A DNA stretch of 64,000 bases from Mytilus edulis (lineage: Eukaryota): the NCBI RefSeq assembly GCF_963676685.1, contig NC_092347.1, positions 24,428,001 to 24,492,000 on the forward strand. The letters are read 5' to 3'. Under the pieces are notes generated by a model. The model was not told the origin of the DNA. It did no database searches and saw nothing but the letters and a program-made list of their open reading frames with translations. Made by a program: the position numbers and the translations under genes. Numbering within the stretch: the first letter of the stretch is position 1; the number at the start of each line of letters is the position of its first letter. Below, piece after piece: positions 12,491 to 26,110 of the stretch.

Positions 12491-13496
12491 TCTTACTGTA
12501 TGTCTAAAGAAGCTTGCTGCTGTCTCCAAAGCTTTTCGTAGTCTTTTCTGGTGATTTTGTATCTATAAAATTGCTTACTTGTTAAAATAATAATTTATCA
12601 ACATTTGACCCGGGTTAGGGTTAGACAAATAGCATGTTATAAATAAACGAAAGCGCTACAACATACTATGAAGTAATAAATTCTTATGATTTGTATGATG
12701 ATATCTTTTCGTCTTATTCATAGAACATATGTGTGACTTTTCACAAATAATCACTTTTCAAAGTTAAAATAAGTGTCTTTTGAATAACATGAATAAATTT
12801 GCAGAAAGAAGTTTTTAGACGGCTGAACGCGTAAGCTTACGCATGCACATTATTTCCTGCTTCAACTCTACCACAATTGGGAAATTTAATTTGTAAAAGG
12901 AAATGTAAGCTTTTCGTAATCTGTATGATTTAAATCAACAATTTCTGTTTAATATGACCTACATATCTCCTAGTATTTAAGAGCAAAACAGTAGGAACCT
13001 GTAGGAATTCTAGATTGTGGTTTGAAACTCTGAGCTATTCTGGTAATATTTCTTATTATAGGCTAACAAAATCAGAATTTAATGGTCTGTTTTCTCTTTT
13101 GACTGAACCAAATTATCTCAAAGGTTTAAATTAAGCTTTCTTTGTCCAGTCTTAATCGTTGTATCTCAGCTAAGCGTTTTTCTTGAAATTTGAATATGTG
13201 TTTCATGATCTTTTCTTTCTAGATTCAGGCGTGACACATTAAATAATCACTGAACTGTTGTTAAAGACCTTATGCCGACCTATAGTTTATTTGTTTTGTT
13301 ATCGGGTTGCTGTCTCACCTTTCAAAGCCTTTTATTTATATGCGATAAACAAGTAAAGATAATTGATGACGGATAGTAGAAATATTTAGTCCAGTCCTCA
13401 TATTATTCATAACATTCATACGAAATATACAATAACACGTAATGAAAGCTTTCTTCTCCAAATGATGAATGACACTTATATAATCAGTCTACTTAA

Positions 13497-16400
13497 TAGT
13501 ACGTTGACCGAGTAAGGAAAAGTCGCTTATTTAAGGAGTTTAATTGTCATCCGGACTATACGGGCGGCTATAAATCACAGTATTGATAGTTCAAAGGTTA
13601 ATCTTAACATTTGACTTGTCGTCAAAAAATCGTACGGTGCAATTTTCGTAAAATGGGCTTTGAAGTACGTTAGTTTACTTGAACGAAAAATCGACTAAGA
13701 AAAGTTTTGAGGTCAACATTGTAAAATAACATCCGTGATACGATTTTTGTTATTATATACATTGTTGTTACACCTTATTCGTGTTATTTTAACGATTTCA
13801 AATAAAGTTTAGCAAAATTATTTCGTTATTAAAGATTTTTTGTAAAAGTTAAACACTACGAATACTTTTCATTTAATAGAGTACGTTCCAATTTAATTTC
13901 ATAATTATTTTAACGCAAAATGTAAAATAATTAACATTTATATAATATCTCATACATGTGTACCTTTATTTATCAATAATATCAAATTCATTTGTCTCAG
14001 AAGCACTATTTCAGCAATTCAAGCCAGACCAAATTCATAACGCTCATATGACGGAGCTATTCGAGGCTCATATACAGCCTCATATAGATACATATACGCA
14101 ATTGGGATGTGATGTATTACTTACATTTACATACTGGGATATGTTCCTTGAAGCAATAGACATTTAGCTGTCAAATTTTAGAGCAGAACGAGAGGTAAAT
14201 TGGTCTCTTCCTTGAGATCGTCATCTCAAATGTAACATTATATTTTTGTAACCAACCGTACGGCACGAAGGTGGAAACTCGATATGCTTCAATTTTCTGA
14301 GAAAATTCGATCACCTTTTAGAGATGGCTACATTGCTTTTTAGACAGATTCCTGGACATTGTAACAGTACTTTGACATGGCAACAGAGAAGACCGTTATA
14401 ACAGCCTCAAGGGGATTAGGTGGCACTGTAGGCATAACAAATCAAAAGTCTGCGCTTGTTAGATGGACCCTTACTAGACATTTCATAGAATCCATTAGTC
14501 GTGTATTGCTGAAAAGGGATGGGATTGCTGCAAATTCTGCAAATTCACAAGAAGAAACAAAGCCAACAGCAATGAAAAGAGATGAAGAACATGTTATTGC
14601 CATTGTGAACCATCTAAATGATCCATGACTGATCCCTTTGGTGTGGAATCCCACCCTCGATGTCTCTTCTTAAATGCATGCTTCAAGACATATTCGAGGT
14701 TCTTTGCGCAGAGTTGTCGAGGAAGGCTTGAACATGTCCAATCATTTTATCACTAGTGCTTTTTCTTAAGATCACAAGGAGTTTTTATAGTCCAATATCA
14801 AAGTCAAACACAAACCTTAAATATAAATCGGGGGAAATACTTTTATGTCGCATAAATCCATAACTTGTGATTAGACGTGCACTGATTTCGGCAAAATGTA
14901 GAGATGTTGTAATCATAGAACATGTGTTGTCGCACCCCGCGGCATTCCATTATCCCCTTTTCAAAATGACGGCACCATGAGAAAATCATGCAAGTCGGAT
15001 TTTGTGAAGCAATTCGAATCTTAAATCTCTTGTGCATTTTCCCTACCCTCCTTTATACCATCACTCACAACTTGCATAAGAGATTGTATTGCATTGATTC
15101 AATTTATTAATGCTAAAAAAGGTAAAACATACGGCGACCTTGCAGCTTACTATTAAAAAAATATGTCCCAATGAATTTCTATGGCGCACAAAGTAGCACA
15201 TGTTTTTGACCGCTACGCCATGAACAACTCTATAAAGTCTGCCGAAAGGAATCGCCGCCCAGAGAGATTCCTCCTGATGTGAGCTTTACATAGTCAGAAC
15301 GTTTGTTAATTCCGATATTGTTATTTATACCAACACTGTTCATGACTGTCGTAGCTTGTTCAGCACTCAAGAAAAGGCCTATACCCAATGCCTTAAACTT
15401 TGACACGGATTTTAGGGAAATGTGAAAGAGTGGAAGAACAATCATACGGACCTCTTCATTGCTCTTATACAATTGTAATTGTTCTGTATGTTCGTTACTA
15501 TAAAAAAAAAAATAGGTCACATACAAGCGAGTTGTGGTTGCAGATGTGGAACATTAGCAGTGTAAATGATGGGTGGAGATAACTATGTGTCTGTCTTTCC
15601 CCAACAATTTGTAATCGATTGCCTGCTGCACATGTACTTACCGGATGCGACGCAACTTCGTCTTTGTTTGGAGTAGGTATACAAACTGTCTTCAAGACTT
15701 CGAAGGACACGCATGACTATTTCAGTTGTTTTTTATATTTTCGGTAATATTGACAATGATGAAACCCTTGTTTTGGCATGAAAGATAATTTCAAAGGTTT
15801 ATGATCAGAACTATCTTTTTAAAACCACTCCATCATAATAATTATTCAAGTTTGACACTAGTAAAGATGTAAGTGTAGTCAGGTTACCTTCCTTCGAGAC
15901 GGCACTGAAACAGTATGTTTTACGTACTTCGTTTCAAACTAAAAATTTGGACCGCATTACACATTGCTAAACCCCTATCCGGTCACCTTTAGAATACGGT
16001 TGGCGATAGTAAAATGATGCATTATACCCCGTGTATTTAAAAGGGCATATTTCAGCAGAATTCTTGCATGATCTTGTGTCTTCATTGAAAGGAAAATCTG
16101 CATGTGAAAGAGTCATGTGTTTGTTCACTTCAAAACCTTACATGTCCGGGGCTTTGATCCTGTAAAGGGTCAGAATTAGGTAAAAAAAAAAATCAAATCA
16201 TGTTCCTTGACAATTAACCAGAAGATATAATTCTGTTGTGTGGATCTCTTTGATTGGAATGTTGAATTGTAACTATTTTCGAAGTATTGAGTGCTTTTTA
16301 GTTTTAACGAATTTCATGAATGATCTTATGCAAAATATGCCTTCATGACAGTAGGATGCAGGTAAAAATAAAGTATATCATTTATTGATGAGATTGAATG

Positions 16401-16812
16401 TCAGCCGGCAAAGTAACTGTTATAATTTTAACAGAATATGTGTTGATCTTGTGAAATAGAACAAGTATTTGAAAAACGCCAATTTCCAGGAAAAAATCGA
16501 TTTCTTATTCATTTTTTTTATAAATTTTCGAGATAATTTAATTGATAATTGATATAAGAAAATGTCTGTATCTAGAATTTAATCTAAATTTTTACTATAT
16601 ATTTCTTCAAATTTTGAAAGTATGGAAGAAAAAAAAATAAAAACAGAATTTGATCTTTGACCTCACTTTATGCAAAACTGTTACCACATTTCTTTTTGAC
16701 GACATCGATATTTCAATAGTACTCATTTACCCGAATCAAATGATATATAATATAGCCATATAGTATGTTTGACGATTAAATCTAAAAAATATTGGGTCTG
16801 GTCACCGTACTA
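13497..16812 (+). mobile_element. Academ (AcademX-type) DNA transposon, internally deleted and decayed
   Basis: TIRs TAGTACG(T/G)TGACC at 13497 and 16800-16812, with subterminal similarity (ggctata, gtcgtcaaaaa). 3-bp TSD TAA at 13494-13496 and 16813-16815. Internal transposase/XPG/Cys-rich remnants. Confidence 0.8.
14125..16175 (+). pseudogene. Decayed Academ transposase-XPG/PIN nuclease-Cys-rich ORF
   Basis: Remnants in order: YWDMFLEAIDI..RAERE.NWSL; DMATEKTVI..GGTVGITNQKSALVRW; VFDRY..SIKSAE; DTRIL; LPAAHVLTGCDATSSLFGVG (H3TH-like, 15619); LPSFETALKQYVLRTSFQ..EYGW; Cys-rich tail. Many stops and frameshifts. Confidence 0.75.
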
Positions 16813-17714
16813 TAAATAATAAAAGGTTACACAAGTCAATGTATCAAACCAGAAAACACTTAGCAGTTTATCCCGAAATGACCGAAATATGAAAATATTT
16901 TTTTCAGAATAGTTCGTAAATCAAAGGTAAATGAAGAATAGGTTGATAATAATCGTCCTGGCATTGACTTATTAAATGGGTGTTACATCGGAAATAAGAT
17001 TCAGCATTGTGAATTAACACAGCTGATTTCAAGTTTCTAGACTACAAGGACGAGAGTATAGATATTTCATATATGATAAGGCATAATTTCTTTGAGAAAC
17101 TTGAAGTAGAAAATTACTTTTGACACGTGAAGAATAAAACGTGGGAATAATATCTGTTGTCGTATCATGTCAATCGGAAATTGAACACCATCTGAAATTG
17201 ACATTTATATCATGAAAGATAGAATTTGATGAAATTAAGAGATCTGGTGATCATTATAAATTTAATAGAACCAATTACGTAATAATTAGATTACAGTAAA
17301 GAGTTATACAAAATTAAAACATCAAAGGCTTCGGGCAGAAGAACGAATTGTTGCTGGTGGTATTAAGTAAGATAATTATTAAAAGTAAGGTCAAACAAAT
17401 GGGATTGGTATTGTTATTCTCAATAAATGAATCTGAGTTTTTCAACATCGTTTGAATATTAAACATTGAAAGCCTGAGATTAAGATTTCTATCCAATATA
17501 ATCTTTGAACTTCATGATTAATCACAATATTCGAAGTATTTCAACAATCCCAGAATCACTACATTATAATAAACAGAGTTATAATTGTTTTTGAGCAGGA
17601 GAAATTCGATATGAACAAAATTACAGGCTGATGACTAGTTTTTTTCTTTAACGAACTTGACTACAATAACGGTGTGGAAATAGTTATCAAGGGTACCAGG
17701 ATTATAATTTGGTA

Positions 17715-17756
17715 CTCCAGACGCGTGTTTCGTCTACACAAGGCTCATCAGTGACG
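17715..17756 (-). ncRNA. Hammerhead ribozyme, family A (paralogue of the 26069 copy)
   Basis: Core CUGAUGA/GAAAC/GUC retained; mismatches in stems I and II. Confidence 0.6.
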
Positions 17757-20700
17757 CTCATATCAAAATAGTTATAAAGCCACGCTAAAAGACCGCAACC
17801 CAAATGACTCAAATGACTCATGTAATCAAAAGACATTTGATTAAAAAAATAAACCCATTATAATGAAGTGTACTGATGGAATATGAAGATACAAACATAC
17901 AACACCACTTGTTCAATCAACATATAACGTTATTCTATTAAAAATTGTAACGTTTATATGACCCCATCCTCCCTAAACAAACAGCCCAACCCATAGAAAA
18001 TACAAACGACTATTAACAACCGTATTTAATGAGATGGTACGATTAGATCTACATTTACTCAAAATATATCTTAACCGCATTAATAGTAATTTGAGTCACG
18101 GTAGCGCTCACTATATATTATTGTTATATTCATATGCACTTTCCTGGATCTACAATCTGTCGATTCCTGTTTTTCTCTGACTGTTTTATGTCGATTTTAT
18201 ACTAAATCAATTGGATGTTTGATTTGTACTGATTGATAATTGAGCCTTAGATGCATGATTTTCCTAATGAGTTGTTAGTGGATATGAAGTAGCTGTCAGT
18301 AACTGTGAGTTCTCTAAGATCTCTACTTTTGTTGTTGGGATGTACATATCCCAGCCACGGTCACTCTGTGTTATTGTTAGATGTATTTCTGTTTGTATAC
18401 ATCTTATATATTAAGCCTTTTCTATCTGATTTTATAGTTCGTTCTTATGTTGTACTGTTACACTAGTGCCCCAGATTAGGGGGAGAGTTTGGATCCCCTA
18501 ACATGTTTAACCCAGCAACATTCTGTATATATGTGCCTGCCCTATGTCAGGAATCTGTAATTCAGTAGTTGTCATTTTTTGTAAATAATTTGGCCGTTAT
18601 TTCTCTCGTTTAAATTGTTTTACATTAGTGAATTTAGGACCTTTATTGCTGACTATTAGGTATAAGCTTTGCTCATTGTTGAAGGCCGTACGATGACCCA
18701 TAGCTGTTACTTTCTGTGTCATTTTGGTCTCTTGTGGAGAGTTACCTCATTGACAATACTACCGCATCTTCTGTTTTGTGTTCACTTCTAGAGTGTTGGA
18801 GGTCAACAGTCGTTTGCAGTTTCTATCATCATCATCATCATCATCATCCCAGCAATAAGCATTTAAGAAAAATCGGTTTGCTAGAAGTCAGAATAAAAAT
18901 GTTTCTGAACAGGCCAATATGTCTTCAAACGAACGGTAACTTTGTGAGACAGCATCTTAAGAAGCTGACTCAGTTGCTGGCTTGGACTAGTATAAACTAT
19001 TATCTTGATTGTGAAAGTCATTCTTCGTACCATTTGTACTTTACGGATTTCTTTGAAAGTCATCTTTTAATTACGAAAATTGCAACTTGTATAATACTTT
19101 AACACCAATGTTATCGCGGAAAGATTGCTCTAAATTTATAATTACTGCATAATGTAAATAATGTATTTCAAGTCGTAAAACCACATTTGTTTTCTTTTTA
19201 AATGAAATGATTTAATGCTTTGATCGTTCTTTTATTTACAATCTTCCTTGAATTTCAATTAAAACAGAAATTATTTTCACCACAATTTCAAGACTAATAA
19301 AATGGCATTCCTCTAACGACACTATTAAAACTATGACTACCACAAAAGCACAGACAAGTCAATGAAACAGTCGATTATCGAAAGAAAAAGTTTCATTACA
19401 GTGAGAAAACGAATTCCTTTACTGCATGATTTAAGCAGTTTTCCTTATTTTCTAATTAAATATGGTTATCAAGGTGAAATGTACCGATAGTTATAAGTTC
19501 GTCGCATATTTCTAGGTTGACCTTAGAGAATAATCAGGGTAAGAATGAGAAAGCCAAGGATGAATAAATACATGTAGGACAACATTACGTAAGAGTTCTT
19601 TAGTTACTTCTAAAAAAAAATGTGGTAAACAAACTATTTTCTTTATATATTTTGCTTCATTTTTACCTGGATAATTGATATCCTAGAACTTCATATAATT
19701 TGTTGTTTTCACTATTGTGATTATGCGATTTCCTATGAAGCTCGGGAGGGTAAGAATATCAAACTCTGCATGCGATATACGTTATATTGGATTGAAAATT
19801 CTGGGTATCCGATTTTTAAACAATTCCTGCATGAGAACAGAAACATGACTACATTATTTACTCAGGCTTAAAGCAGGAGACATAGACTTTGGTTCAATAA
19901 TATTAAGATAGGTTATGTATTCGTTGGTGTGTTTTTGGGATGGGATTTTTTATGTTCTTTCTACTTATAGTTTGTCTGGAACCACTATTGTCCTTTATTT
20001 AAGATTAACATTGTCGCTTAGGTACTCTTCTTTCTCTTTTGTATGACGGAATGGAAAAGGCTGATAACAGTTAATATAAGTAATGAGTTCGTTTAGGTTA
20101 AACAATACATGCATGTGGCATATTTTGTAACGGTTTGTACCTTGTATACGACTATCGTAAATAAAACTCTTACCTATTTCTCAATGCTTTTTTTTAAGTA
20201 AAATGTGTTGATGCATAAAATTTACCAATTGTATTTCAAGAACCAACACATTTATTACTATATCAATTTACTTACTCAATTGAAACTACTTCAAAGTAAA
20301 TTCTCCCCAGGGAGCACACCTTATAGCATTGTATTGGTTGATGTAGGGATCACACCTAATCCTTGACGAAGTTGCAATATACAGCAACGGTGACCAAAGA
20401 AAAGCTAAGATGTGCTCCTAACTTCAACTTCTCTAAGGTGAGTTCCATTGATACTGTCTATGTAACATATTGTTTGAATATGGCATTGTTTAGTTTTTTT
20501 TGTAAATATTTACGTTGGTTTATATAATTTTAATATTACGGTGTTTATTCTATTATGCTACGGTGTAGTAAACTACGGCAAACCTTATGTAATGTTTGAT
20601 GGTGTTATTAAGAACTAAACGAAATATGTAATATAATCTTCGTGTATAAACATGTTCCAACCCAATTGAATTTAGCTAAATAATGTTCTTAATTTGAGAA

Positions 20701-22444
20701 AATAAATAACATTTCATAAAAATATCTGCAAATTCAAAAGAGCTGTCGTAAGTGTCACCAACTATAAGGTGTGTGTCATGTGTGACTTATTAATCAATAG
20801 AGCTGTCGTAAGTGTCACCAACAATAAGGTGTGTGTCATGTTTGGCTTATTAATCAATAGCAAATAAAGGTCAAATAGTTCCTGTGTTGCAACTAATGTT
20901 TCCATTGAATGAATTTAATAATGCAACTCAACTGTAAGTTTATGACCAATAAATGTAGTATAATGGAAAGTGTCCTCCAGGGAGACAACTACATATTTAT
21001 TCTACCCACTCCTGCATGAGAAATGAATTCCTATCTGATGTGCCTAACCTGATAAATCTATTATCCTATTGTACCTACCTGTTAAAGTATGCATTTTAAT
21101 GGGATATTAATATACGTGAACAGGTGGGATAATTAATTTCACCAATTCAAAAGATTAGAAGAACAAGATTATTCTCTTATCAATTTTGTTTAATATTCCA
21201 TTGTAACATGGACTGTGAGGATGTTTTATTACAGTAATATTACGAACACAAACCATTAAATATCACTTAAGTTATTGACTACTTTAGGTCAAATTGAAGT
21301 GCAATCAACTTACTGTCGGTTACATCGATACTCATATTACAATACATGTTTTACCATTCTGGATTATTAATATTGAATTAATTTAGGAACATTATTTTCC
21401 TCAAATACGTTTCCTAAAATCATGTTACGGATTGTTAGCGCATCAAAAGGCTTGTGCAAACAAAGAAAACGACAAGTATAGTCTTCTGACCATTAACGGA
21501 TAAGCTATAAGCCGAAAGTTAATCAGCAAATTACACATGAAATCAATAGATATTTATTCAATTGAAAGTGACATTAAAAATATCCAACACAGAAGGTGCA
21601 GTGTTTTCTTTGTGATACGGGGTTAATATGTATGTAAATATTTTGTATAACACAAAATATTTACAAAATGTTGACTAAGAATCGGTCATAACTATTTTTA
21701 TCCAATCATAGACATTGATAAAACCGTAGACCGTGTTTTTTTAATCTGTCAAGGTTTTTTTCTGATTTTTAAAAAATATTTTTACTTTTCAAAGTATGGG
21801 TAGTTTCATCATTTAAAACTCCATCTTTTATTCAGAGAAAATCTTCGTACTTTCTAATTCAACAAGTCAGTGGAAAATTTACATGCACTGAATATTAATC
21901 AATTTGTTTATTTGTTAGAAAAATCCTTCACCAGAGATAACCCGCCAATTAGGAGTAGACAACAATATACGAATCCGCTATAGCACAAAGCATTAACACC
22001 AACCATTGTTTTTTTAGGGAAGTCCTAACGGAGAATTAACTGTTTCGTATCCACACGAGACACCCTTTGTTACTTTTGTTAAAATCCTTTGTGTCATACA
22101 CATTTATCAGCTAAGTTACATCCTTATGGCGTGCAGAAACCATATTAATCAGACCATTAATTATTGATGATCGACAATTACCATTTCTTTTTTGAAGATG
22201 ATTGAAGATTTTAGGACAATAAGTTCACTTGGTTTTTTGTGTTGTTTTGTTGTTATTTACTTGGATTATATGTACAATGTCTTTTTGGGGCAATGCCAGA
22301 TTAACTTGTCATATCATTATATATTATAATACTGATCATGTTATTTTCAGATGCACAACAATAGGCCTCATGAATACATAAATTAATAGCTTTCCATGAA
22401 ATCCAATTTTGACTTCACTGTTAAATTAAACGTTTGAAACATGC

Positions 22445-23248
22445 TATGTTACACTAATTTCAATTTTTCTTTCCACACATATATTACATCTCGCTATTTT
22501 CAAAAAATGTTCTTTGTAAACCTTTTATTAGTTTTCTACTGGATTCACAACCTTTGATATGAGTAAATTAAGTGCAAGTCATGTTCCTGCGAAAATCCAT
22601 CGGAAAATTATGTTGGTCTGTGTATTTGCAATCCATCTAAGTTGGGTTCATTCTGTGAAGTCGCATATAGTCTAATAACTTTTGGCACTGTCCTCCAGAA
22701 AGTTTAAAAAATGATGCTTTAGATAGTTTATTTGATTTTATAGATGATTTTATCGGGTGATGACCGGAATTCCTCCAATAGTTTTTCAATACTAGTAACA
22801 GTCTGTGGTGCACTTTGCCAGAAAATGGATTACATTCCATACCTTTCTTCAGGCAAGATATCTAGTTTCTGCCAAAACAAAAGAAGAATGGGTAATAGAG
22901 CTGCTGGTATGTAGTTGCATAATGTGAACGAATGGCTGATACTCTTGCTTTTATCTTCGACAGTACAATTGAACAAGTATCAATGGTCAACTGAATAAAC
23001 TTTATGAGAGTGTACAAAAAAGACCTTCATTTTTCTATGAAATAATGAAACTGGAGAACATCTCCTTAGTAACACCGTCTTAGCCCAAAGCAGACTCCTT
23101 ACAAAAAACCCATTCTCACGTCTTAGGAGGATAATGTCTTGATGGAGGCAAAAGCCGTCCTTCAAAAACTTCTCATCAAACCCTTATCTTCATTGCAGGA
23201 AGAAGAGCTAATTATTAAGACTCCTGTTTTCTACCAAGTCAGCACTAA
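22445..23248 (-). pseudogene. Decayed terminal exon of an unidentified gene (copy 1)
   Basis: Same acceptor as copy 2; the peptide KASFFKLS.GQCQKL..YMR..RMNPT is shared; the disablements differ. Confidence 0.45.
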
Positions 23249-26068
23249 CTGAAAATAAAGAAAATATACATCATTAAAATGAAATTAAAAGTCTTTTGAA
23301 ATTATTGATAAGCATAACAAATCATCATAATTTCAATTGTCCTCACATTAATGAATTTTTGTAATGGATAAGTTTGTTTTTCAAACTCATGCGTATTGTT
23401 CATAACAGGGTCCATTGGAGATCATTAGGAAGAATAGATTCATCATTTTTTTGAATATCACTTTAAACCATCTAAATGATTTGAAGAAAACAGGCTTTTA
23501 ATAATTGCATTTACAAAGAAAATAGTTTATATTAATGAGAAGAAAACAAACATTCCGTTTTTGTTGTTTTTTATGAACATTGACATTACTCTCATGTTTC
23601 ATATTATAACTATAGACACATAACAAGGTCATGAGCAGTTTGTGAAGGATTCTGATAATACAATAATACATGTAAGTTTTTACAAGTGGTTGTTGAGACT
23701 TGGTAAGATTAAACTCTCTTTCTGAACACAAAGTTTAAAAAAACTACTGGTCAATTCAGGTTGAATTTAAAAGGAACATGCGCAAAATAAAATTAGGAAC
23801 AGTCACCTAAACTATTCATGATAATCTGTTTATGATATGATAGTACAAGTAGGATGTAAATGTGCCAAAAACCTCGGTTTTTATGAATCTGCATAAAACA
23901 TGGAAAGTGTTTTGTTTAGATCAATATAAGTGGTTTTTGGTTAGGAAATTTTCCAACAAAGTGGTGAGCTTTGGATATTTGGAATTTTGGGTTTCAAGCA
24001 TCTTTGAAGATACATTTGAATATAGAAATGCACATCTGGTGCAGAAAAATTAGTAACGTTCATGAAATTGCTTGCTCATTCTGAAAACCAGCATCTTGTG
24101 AGTAGTCAACCTTATAAACAATCATATATACAGAAAAGTTCCTAACCAAAATTTGATGCATTTTATGTTATCATTTATACATTGTGATCTTGTCCCTAAA
24201 ATTCAAAACTAAATTTTTTCGAAAGATTTTTGATTTCGCTAATTAAAAAACGTCATCTCGAATGAATGCGGTTGTTAGTTAAAAAAGATTCAACCAAAAA
24301 CATTTAGCCAATTTTACGTGACGGCGACTATAGACAACGCGTTAGCAAAACAACAATTTAAATTGATTTCAGCACAAGTACAGTTTTATCGAACAAGGTA
24401 CTACATTTACTCTTATAATTTCCATTTTTGCCTTTCTTGATTATTTGATTCATTGAAATTCTTAATATTCCGTTTCTATAGGCGCATAGTTAAGAAGCAT
24501 TTTTGTCAGAATCTATATTTTAGGTCGGAGTATAGCTCATTTAATTTTCCTGTTAATTCAGATGATTCGAAGCTTTTCCGGTCTGTCTACCAAAATCTTT
24601 GACTAATTAATGTTTGAACTGCTTCAACTTATTTTTTCTTCGATTTTACGATAACTTGAGAAAAAATTACAAATATTGATAATTTCGAACTTAATCTCAG
24701 AATGTTCAACATTCGATAACAATGTTCTACACAGTGTGGGAACGGAACTGTACGGTTTCATAATAATTTGGTCATTCGGGAGACTTTCAAGCGGGGCTCC
24801 AACATTCGTAACAATAACAAGTTGCTTGATGGAAAGTTTGATGAACTTAAGTGTTACTATAAAACTTTTCTGCTTCAAGTTCTGGTAATCATATAATATA
24901 TATGAACCAATAAAATAATAAAAACAACATATGAATCCAAACGTTTTCAATAGAATGGTGGGGCTCCGAGTAAATCGATCAAAACTGCGACGGAGCAGCG
25001 ATCAAAAATGTTTAATAAACATCGAAAAACCCATCGTTACTATCAGAATTACCATATGTACCTTTTCTGATATATAGTTTTACCTGTCTGAAAGTTTGAA
25101 AGTCATTGTCCAAGTAGAAACCCCAATATATTCATTTTCTAAAAGTCGGATATTTTAATTGACTGCACAATCGCTTGCAAGTTTACTGTACAATCGCTTG
25201 GAGCCCTCCTGTACAATCACTCGGAGCTTTCCTTAGCCAAATTAATTAAACACATTACATATGCGTTTCATTGGCTGTTACTTGTCTGTCCCATTATTTT
25301 CATCTATGGTATAAAAAGGGAAATTCCGCGATTTTTTACTTATCATCTAATTATGTTCATCTTAACATAAAAAACACATTTGCAAAGTTTTAAATTTATA
25401 TTCCTTCTAATAACGGAGAAAATCAAGTATTTGTAACTTTTTTGGTTGACCTTCTTGAGTGGGTTGTGACATTTCAGTCCGATGTGTTGAGTTCTGGGGA
25501 AAATAAAATCTGTTAAACTCTTATAGCTTATCCACAATTTACGTAAATAAAAGCGCACAGATGACGGATGGTCGTAGTTATAAACCACAATATAAGAATG
25601 AACGAAAATAAATATGTGTGTACCGTTTTGTATTGATTGACTAAAACTTCATATATGAAATTATCTTAATGTAAATATTTTCGAATTAATTTCATAATTT
25701 TTTGTTGAGATTTCCTCACAAAATATCTATTGAACATTTTTACTGATATTGAACTGAAAATATTTGTTTTATTTACCGTTTTTATTTTGATAATAATTTC
25801 AATGCAAATTATGTGTGAGCAGAGTGTGTTTATTATTTTGTAAATATCCAATATAATCTTTAAACTTCATGATTAATCACAATATTTCGAATTATTTCAA
25901 CAATCCCAGAAACACTACATAATAATAAACTGAGTTATACTTGTTTTTCAGCAGGAGAAATTCGATATGAACAAAAATACAGGCTAAAGACAAGTTTTTC
26001 TTTAACGATCTTGACTACAATAACGGTGCGGAAATAGTTATCAAAGATACCAGAATTATAATTTGGTA

Positions 26069-26110
26069 CGCCAGACGCGCGTTTCGTCTACACAAGGCTC
26101 ATCAGTGACG
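26069..26110 (-). ncRNA. Hammerhead ribozyme, family A (one stem II mismatch)
   Basis: CUGAUGA gccu ugugu agac GAAAC gcgc GUC uggcg. Confidence 0.7.

Larger units (their letters stand above)
17490..24727 (+). repeat. Segmental tandem duplication, copy 1
   Basis: Colinear with 25845-36416, from atccaatataatctt to aacattcgataa.aatgt. High identity by eye, with copy-specific indels. Confidence 0.92.

Noticed and set aside
12612-12624. Telomere-like GGGTTAGGGTTAG
   Set aside because: Only two units, too short to call an interstitial telomere.
18716-19102. 128-aa plus-strand ORF with a poly-His tract
   Set aside because: It starts within a SINE-like tail, and the (CAT)n run arises at a deletion junction. 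The opposite strand looks more coding-like.
20310-20437. Plus-strand exon candidate (ccccag...AAG|gtgagt)
   Set aside because: Stops occur in all three frames, and the splice sites are not kept in the duplicate.
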